Below, piece after piece: positions 14,676-20,859 of a DNA stretch of 53,998 nt. Origin of the DNA: Escherichia phage vB_EcoM_DE15; sequence record NC_079184.1; one strand, written 5' to 3'. The position numbers and the translations under genes are program-made. Within the stretch, counting starts at the first letter, position 1. Each line of letters opens with the position of its first letter. Under the pieces are notes generated by a model that saw nothing but the letters and a program-made list of their open reading frames with translations, was not told where the DNA came from and did not search any database.

Positions 14676-15014
14676 ATGGCTAAGATTGTAACCGTAACTC
14701 AGTACGAAGCTAACGATGGTTCCCTGTTCCTGACCGAAGCAGAGTGTAATGCACATGACTTCAAACTGGAAAACGGTGCTAAAATTGAGAAAGCTGCCGA
14801 AGCGTACCTGAACACCGTTGGCGCTATCGACCGTTCTCGCTCCATGCAGAAGAACACCATCGAGCAGTTCCTGGCATTCTACCTGCCGTGGGTTGAAGCT
14901 GGTGAGCCGGAAGTTGAGCGTACTAAGTTCGATACTCCGAAAGAAGCTAAAGTTGCTGACGCAAGTGTTGCCGAAGCTGCCGAAGCTGCTGTTGAAGAAG
15001 CTCCGGTATTCTAA
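14676..15014 (+). CDS. Acidic Ala/Glu-rich protein (112 aa), function unknown
   Basis: Strong ctg/cgt/gaa codon bias suggests high expression. Net charge about -10. Has its own promoter. Confidence 0.7.
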   Translation: MAKIVTVTQYEANDGSLFLTEAECNAHDFKLENGAKIEKAAEAYLNTVGAIDRSRSMQKNTIEQFLAFYLPWVEAGEPEVERTKFDTPKEAKVADASVAEAAEAAVEEAPVF

Positions 15015-16104
15015 GTTGCCGATGGCAAACTTGAGAGACTAAGCTAAATCGATCTGGCATGCACTGGAAGATTTCCGGTGCTGCCTTGAACCCATTCTGA
15101 AAGGAAGAGTGGGCTTCAATGAGCATTCTTGTGATTAGAGTTGGGAGGTAGGCCGATGCCCAAGCTCATGGCCCAGACAAGAGTGTTCATTGAAGTTACT
15201 TCAATATGGATTGTCGCCAAGTTGTGGAAGGACGTGCACACAGATTTAACGAAGAAAAGTAACAGCCTGAGAACTGTGAAAATTTCCCGTTATGTCGTGG
15301 GGAAGTGCACCATAGCTTGGGTTCTTCACGTAGATATTACTCAGATATTTGCGGCTCGCTGAATGTGAGCATCCATATTGAAGTAGTTTTCTGAGTCTTA
15401 CGACGGGCCTAAACTGCCTGAAGTTATTGCGACTGTTTTATTCATTTAAAATAAATGCAAATGATTCTGAAATGCGAGTTGCGGCTTAATTAAATTTAAG
15501 TCCTCTCCGTGGTCTTCCAATCCCACGTAACCAAATTTGGCGCATTGTGGCTTCGAGATGTGATTAATAAATCGGAGCAATAATTAATTTGTATTCTGCG
15601 ATGCAATGCAGGCTTAAGTCCCTCAGTGCGCGTGGGGATGTGACAGAGTACAAACTTAATTATGCAGTTGGATATTTCTAGAGGACGGACGAGCACACTG
15701 GAATGTCTTCAATTGGTTTAGTGTGAGAAGCTATGCCAATATGAAACGTAACTCCTTGGGGAAGTGCTCCTCTGGATTTCCCTCCACACAGGAATCTCAA
15801 GCCTGTGGCAGCGACTTCGAAGCTGCACTGCGTAACCTAAATTCACCCTAAAGTGAGTTGCCCTGAGTATGGAAATAAACTGCTCATAACCGATGGTATC
15901 TACAAAGGTAGATTAAATCAGGTTGCCTGTTGGTACTTGGGTTCAACACCTGCTTGCACTCGCAAAGTAGTGCCTCGTACCTGAGATGAAGTGAGTCGGG
16001 ACCATCAATCCCACGTTATGTCAAAACACAGTAGGCGGCTCACGGATTCTACAAGCCTCGCAGTTCGGGAAAACCTGCGTTATCAAAACCCCCCTCTTTT
16101 ATTT
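15015..16104 (+). ncRNA. ORF-free structured island 2 (candidate large ncRNA(s))
   Basis: No credible ORF. Many hand-foldable hairpins. The 11-mer CAATCCCACGT occurs twice (15518, 16006). Degenerate promoter cores at 15463-15485 and 15666-15675. Confidence 0.3.
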
Positions 16105-16196
16105 GGACGAGTAGCTCAGAAGGTTTGCATTGTGCTCAGTCAGGTAGAGCAATCTGTTCGACAGATGTGTCGTTGGTTCGAATCCAACCTCGTCCA
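16105..16196 (+). tRNA. Aberrant tRNA-like gene (possible pseudo-tRNA or tRNA mimic)
   Basis: 7/7 acceptor pairing GGACGAG/CTCGTCC, T-arm GTTGG-TTCGAAT-CCAAC and D-arm GCTC-AGTCAGGTA-GAGC. There is a ~20-nt insertion after a duplicated GCTCAG. The anticodon arm is only 15 nt (ATCTG-TTCGA-CAGAT). The 3' end is ACCCA. Confidence 0.45.
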
Positions 16197-16228
16197 CCCA
16201 CTTTAATAATAGCAATACTGGAGTCCTT

Positions 16229-16369
16229 ATGGATTTTGATGCACTTGATAATTTAGACTTCGGTGCTGCCGAAGAAGCAATTGAAGAACTTAAGAAGAAA
16301 CAGGACGAAGAAGCAATCGTTCCTGGTGAGGGCGATAACGACTGCTCAAGTGGTGCGTGCGCCATCTAA
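16229..16369 (+). CDS. Small acidic peptide with C-terminal CSSGACAI (46 aa)
   Basis: RBS GGAG at 16220-16223. Hand-translated as MDFDALDNLDFGAAEEAIEELKKKQDEEAIVPGEGDNDCSSGACAI. Confidence 0.45.
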   Translation: MDFDALDNLDFGAAEEAIEELKKKQDEEAIVPGEGDNDCSSGACAI

Positions 16370-16377
16370 GGTGATTC

Positions 16378-16614
16378 ATGCAACAGCTTAAGTCAATCTT
16401 TCTTGGCGTCTTGACTGCATTGGGTATTCTCCTTGCAGTGTTCCTCAAAGGCAAAAGCTCAGGCAAAGCCGAGGAGCGCCAGGAAGCCAAAGAGAAGCAA
16501 TTCGATTCCATTAAAGAATCTATCGAGATTAAAACGCATGTTCAGAAAGAAGTGTCTAGCAGTTCTGATAGCAATGTCGATAGTGAGTTGCTCTCAAAGT
16601 GGGTTCGTAAGTGA
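16378..16614 (+). CDS. i-spanin (Rz-like), 78 aa
   Basis: N-terminal TM segment IFLGVLTALGILLAVFL, a charged periplasmic domain, and an overlapping lipoprotein ORF. Confidence 0.7.
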   Translation: MQQLKSIFLGVLTALGILLAVFLKGKSSGKAEERQEAKEKQFDSIKESIEIKTHVQKEVSSSSDSNVDSELLSKWVRK

Positions 16615-16738
16615 TTACTGCATGATTGCACAACCAATCTATTTGGATGTTGCAGAAGTGAAAGTTTTATCACGCGAAACCAAAACACAGATTTTAGTCC
16701 ACAATGAAACGTGGGCACAAAAGTGTTCGAAACGATGA
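16538..16738 (+). CDS. o-spanin (Rz1-like lipoprotein), 66 aa, overlapped architecture
   Basis: MFRKKCLAVLIAMSIVSC lipobox. It starts inside the i-spanin gene in another frame and extends beyond it. Confidence 0.65.
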   Translation: MFRKKCLAVLIAMSIVSCSQSGFVSDYCMIAQPIYLDVAEVKVLSRETKTQILVHNETWAQKCSKR

Positions 16739-17181
16739 AATTATCAAAGCAGTATATTTACGACAGAGTTTCTAAGCGTCAGGAACCTACTTGGCAAGTA
16801 GACACAGATGGGTATTTATCTGCTTCGATTACTTTGCCAGAAGGCACTTTCAACGTAAGAAAACACATCTTGGTGTTCTACAAAACAAACGGATACATTC
16901 CAGATTTTGTGGACCATAAAGACAACAACAAATTAAACAATGCTCCAGACAACTTGCGAGAAGCAAGCAAGTGCCAGAATCAACAGAACTCCAAACGACC
17001 AAAGAATAACTCTTCTGGCGTTAAGGGTGTGTCACTAACCAAACACGGTAAATGGCAAGTTCGTATTATGGCAAATGGTGTGAAGCATTACGGTGGATTG
17101 TTTGACTCTCTCGAAGATGCCAAACAACACATAGAATCATTACGATTGAAATTACATAGTGATTTTGCTCGTAGTGTGTAG
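16735..17181 (+). CDS. HNH homing endonuclease with AP2-like DNA-binding domain (148 aa)
   Basis: HNH region VDHKDNNKLNNAPDNLRE. AP2-like region SGVKGVSLTKHGKWQVRI...GGLFDSLEDA. ATGA overlap with the o-spanin gene. Confidence 0.75.
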   Translation: MKLSKQYIYDRVSKRQEPTWQVDTDGYLSASITLPEGTFNVRKHILVFYKTNGYIPDFVDHKDNNKLNNAPDNLREASKCQNQQNSKRPKNNSSGVKGVSLTKHGKWQVRIMANGVKHYGGLFDSLEDAKQHIESLRLKLHSDFARSV

Positions 17182-18080
17182 AGTTAGCTTACCCGACAGT
17201 GAGTGAACAAGACGGACGTCTATAACTTCCCACATGGCCTAGCTAGTTGGTGGTGTAAAAGACTGACCAAGGTGACGACAGCCAAAGTCGAGGGAGTGCG
17301 CGACTTTAAATAACGAGACTCTAGCAACTTGTTGCGATGATGGTGTAAGCCCATGCGTTTGGAAGCAGGACTCCAACTCAAACAAACCTGCAAGTTGCTC
17401 TGGGCATAACAATTGAAATTGCTGCCTCGCATTGAACGCGAGAAAGTTCAGGTAGTCACTTCCTAGAACAGTGTCCGAGAACACCCTCGCCAAAGTGCTT
17501 GAGAACGTTAGCTCTGTCTTGCCAGCATTAATGGCACGTTGGCCGCGTAAAGGCCACAGCGTCTGACCAACGTATCGGTCACCAAATTCAATGGATTCGT
17601 AGAGTTAATTAAACCTGCACGATGGGATAGGGATGAAGCATCCGAGGCCGACTGTGTAATTGTGAACTTATCGTTCGCCGAATCCGCCAATTTACCTCCA
17701 ACAGTTATGCCTCTGTTCAAAAGGCTCAAGAGAGCGTCTGGCATACCGTAGCGATACGGCTTAGTTGCGCTGATTGTGTTGTGCAGAAAGAAAGTTCAGG
17801 CTTTCGTTTGGGTTACTCCTCATCCCGAAGTTAGCTGGATTCAAAATCCAGACTATGTTCCTATACACATGAAATATGCAAGTCGAGGGTTCTTAATGTT
17901 CAAACATGATGCGAGCATTAAGCGGGTTTATACTTTTCCCCGATGGTCCCCATAAACAAGGCTGATTCACTTGGGCGGTTCGAATCAAATTTAATAAGTG
18001 TCTTGGCCGCAGTGGAAACATCATTTAAGCCAATGTTTTGTAATGTTCGTAATAGTCCACGTCAGGACACTTAATTAAAT
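17182..18080 (+). ncRNA. ORF-free structured island 3 (candidate large ncRNA)
   Basis: 9-bp long-range helix 17323-17331/17391-17399. GCGA-capped hairpin at 17746-17759. 7-bp hairpin at 17835-17851. Degenerate promoter cores near 17242 and 17830. TAACGAGACTC is shared with the left end. Confidence 0.3.
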
Positions 18081-18097
18081 TTTAACTGGAGAGAGAC

Positions 18098-18319
18098 ATG
18101 AAAACTGCTGAAATTGCCGAAGAGATTTATAAGGCCGTAATAGCCAGCCAAATCACAAGTGAAGTCCTGCACATGGATATTGAAGAAGTTCGCAATGCCT
18201 TTGGTGGTTTTGCAATCTTGTCAATAGAAGCTGCGGAAGCACTGACAAACACGTACAATCAACGCGAATATGAAAAGCGTTCTGTACTAAATGCGTCATT
18301 ACAGGCGTCATTAAAATAA
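18098..18319 (+). CDS. Hypothetical protein (73 aa)
   Basis: RBS GGAGAG upstream. Confidence 0.6.
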   Translation: MKTAEIAEEIYKAVIASQITSEVLHMDIEEVRNAFGGFAILSIEAAEALTNTYNQREYEKRSVLNASLQASLK

Positions 18320-18375
18320 TACCATTATCATGGTGCGGAGCTAATTAATCTCCCACCATATGAACCGGAGAGCAA

Positions 18376-19026
18376 ATGATTACTGCAACACTCGTTGACC
18401 ACATGGGCAGCGACCTCACAACTGTTAATGCTGCACGAGTTTCCTATGGTGCAGAGTCGCATGAAATATCTTTACGTGACGAGAAGCTGATTGAGTTTCT
18501 TGCAAAGCATAAGCACATTACGCCGTTTCGCCACGCACAGGTAACATTGCGTTGCAAAGCTCCAATCTTCATTGCACGTCAGCTTGGCAAACATCAAACT
18601 GGCTTTAGTTGGAATGAGGTTAGCCGTCGTTACAAAGATGGTGAAGCAATCTCTATTGAATGCTTTGTACCAGATGTTGTATTTGGTCGTCCTGAAAAGT
18701 TGATGACTCAGACTGCACAACCGTTGCCGCAAGATTTTGCTGACGATATTCATTATCGCATGGAAAGCCATAACAAGGCTTGCATCGCTGAGTATGAAAC
18801 GTTAATTGGTTTGGGGATTGCCCCAGAGCAAGCTCGCATGGTTCTTCCACAATCCATGACGACTGAATGGATTTGGACTGGCTCACTTTATGGCTGGGCA
18901 TCTATGTATAATCAACGTTCCTCCGAACATGCGCAATATGAAGTTCGCTTGTTTGCGGAAGAAGTGAATAAAATCATGTCAGAACTGTTCCCAATTTGTT
19001 GGAAGGCTCTGACCAACCAGGAATAA
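18376..19026 (+). CDS. thyX: Flavin-dependent thymidylate synthase ThyX-like (216 aa)
   Basis: N-terminal DHMGSDLTTVNAARVSYG and the region RQLGKHQTGFSWNEVSRRY. The latter is a variant of the RHRxxS...S.RY signature. Confidence 0.75.
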   Translation: MITATLVDHMGSDLTTVNAARVSYGAESHEISLRDEKLIEFLAKHKHITPFRHAQVTLRCKAPIFIARQLGKHQTGFSWNEVSRRYKDGEAISIECFVPDVVFGRPEKLMTQTAQPLPQDFADDIHYRMESHNKACIAEYETLIGLGIAPEQARMVLPQSMTTEWIWTGSLYGWASMYNQRSSEHAQYEVRLFAEEVNKIMSELFPICWKALTNQE

Positions 19027-19030
19027 ATAA

Positions 19031-20794
19031 ATGAACGTCAAGCAATGTGTGGCTAAGATTAAGCACGATGTACCAGACTGTAAATCCACATCTGGCAAGT
19101 CTTTACAGGTTTGGTTGAATGTCGATGAAGCTGGTAATAAGAACTTCTCTGGTTACTGCTTTGCGTGTGGCGTTCTAGTACCAAATCCTTATGGCAATAA
19201 TCCGGAGAACATTCCAGAGATTAAAGTCAAAACTCCAGAAGAAATTCAGGAAGAAGTTGATGAAATCACTGCTTGTCCTCCGTTTGATTTAACCCATCGC
19301 AGCATTGAGCCGGAGTTCTGGAAAGCTGCTGGTGTTCGACTTCTGTATTCAGAGTATGATGGTAAGACTCCAAATGCTCTGGCACATGGCTACACCAAAA
19401 ATGGTAAACTTGTTCGTTGGAAGATTAAACTTCTGAACAAGAAAGTTATGTGGTCCGTTGGCGACACCCAGGGTAACGACCCTTACAACTGGATGGCTGC
19501 AAAAGCAATTGGCGGTAAGACACTGTTCATCACAGAAGGTGAAGAAGACTGTATCGCATTGCGTCAAATCCTCAAAACCATGAACCGTGGTGGTGCATAT
19601 GAAGATTTGGATTTTGCTGTAATTAGTTTGAGTGACGGGAGTGATTCCGTACACAAATGTTTGTCACCAGTTGCAGAAGAAATTAAGCAACGTTGGGAGC
19701 AGGTTGTTATTGTATTTGATGACGATGAACCTGGACGTAAAGCTGCAAAAGAAGCATGCCGATTGTTGCCTGGTGCAATGATTGCAACTCTTCCGGCTAA
19801 CGATGCCAACGATTGTTTGAAGCGTGGCTTGCTCAAAGCTACTCAATCTGCTGTTGTATTCCGTGCTGCTCGTCCTCTACCTACAGCACTTGTCAATAAA
19901 GAACTTCTTATGGAAGAACTTGATGATGAGGTTGAACAAGGTGTGGACTATCCTTGGCCCAAGTTAACCGACTTAATGTTTGGTCAACGTCGAGCCGAAG
20001 TTATTACAATCGGTGGTGCAGAAGGTGGTGGTAAAACTACGCTGTCCCGTCAGATTGTGCATCACAACATTACCAAGCATGATTGGGGAGTGTTTACTGC
20101 ATACATGGAGGAAACTCCTACAGAAACATTGCGCCGAATGGCTGGCCTCAATGACAACTTGCCATATTGGGAGCCTGCGTTTACTCGTGAAGACCCTCGA
20201 TATGATGAAGCTAAGTTCCGTCAAACTGCTGCGAAGATGCTTCGTAACATGGAGATTTGGGACCGCAAGCAAGCTGGAGAAGACCCTTATGAAACCTGGG
20301 ATGGGTTAAAGACGATTCTTCGTCAGATTGGACCAGACATTGATATGTTTGTCCTTGATAACTTAACCTACTTATCGGAAGGGATTTCTGCCTCAGAGAA
20401 GAACGACTTCTTAGGTAAGCTGTATGCAGATATTACTAAGCTGGCAGACCAATATCAGTTCCATGTAAATATTCTGTCGCACCTTAACCCTGTGGCAAAA
20501 GGTCAACGACCTCATGAGGATGGTGGACGTATTAAGAAGTCAGACTTTACTGGCTCCCGTGCTGCTGCTAAGTATTCTCATGGTATGTTCGGCTTTGAGC
20601 GTAATAGCCAGGCAGTTGACCCAAACTGTTCTATCATTCGTTCTATTAAGGCTCGTAAGAGTGGTAAAACAGAAGGCTTCAAAACGTACTACGACACCGA
20701 ATCTGGTCGAATCATTCAACGTTCTTGGGATGACTCGCTGTTCGAAACTAAAGAGATTGTTCAACTTACCAAGAAGAACGGTCCTCATCAATAA
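19031..20794 (+). CDS. Bifunctional DNA primase/helicase (T7 gp4-like), 587 aa
   Basis: Zn-finger Cys pairs (CKS..., CFACG). TOPRIM EGEEDC and DDDEPG. Walker A GGAEGGGKTT. Confidence 0.85.
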   Translation: MNVKQCVAKIKHDVPDCKSTSGKSLQVWLNVDEAGNKNFSGYCFACGVLVPNPYGNNPENIPEIKVKTPEEIQEEVDEITACPPFDLTHRSIEPEFWKAAGVRLLYSEYDGKTPNALAHGYTKNGKLVRWKIKLLNKKVMWSVGDTQGNDPYNWMAAKAIGGKTLFITEGEEDCIALRQILKTMNRGGAYEDLDFAVISLSDGSDSVHKCLSPVAEEIKQRWEQVVIVFDDDEPGRKAAKEACRLLPGAMIATLPANDANDCLKRGLLKATQSAVVFRAARPLPTALVNKELLMEELDDEVEQGVDYPWPKLTDLMFGQRRAEVITIGGAEGGGKTTLSRQIVHHNITKHDWGVFTAYMEETPTETLRRMAGLNDNLPYWEPAFTREDPRYDEAKFRQTAAKMLRNMEIWDRKQAGEDPYETWDGLKTILRQIGPDIDMFVLDNLTYLSEGISASEKNDFLGKLYADITKLADQYQFHVNILSHLNPVAKGQRPHEDGGRIKKSDFTGSRAAAKYSHGMFGFERNSQAVDPNCSIIRSIKARKSGKTEGFKTYYDTESGRIIQRSWDDSLFETKEIVQLTKKNGPHQ

Positions 20795-20859
20795 CAGAGC
20801 TGCTACGCTGCATGGTTCGCCCACCAGCGTAGCCCTCACCAATCCATTGGAGCCATACT

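Noticed and set aside
15687-16196. tmRNA-like idea. A second GGACGAG (15687-15693) lies 500 nt upstream of the T-arm and acceptor 3' strand. In principle it could form a tRNA-like domain enclosing an mRNA-like region.
   Set aside because: No plausible tag reading frame ending in a hydrophobic ...LAA-type tail plus stop is present. The proximal GGACGAG (16105) already gives a complete tRNA-like fold. The length is atypical.
16735-18097. Group I intron carrying the HNH ORF.
   Set aside because: The flanking genes (spanins upstream, the 73-aa ORF and thyX downstream) look complete. I could not locate P7/P3/G-binding core sequences by eye. The idea is kept only as something to test with covariance models (see findings).
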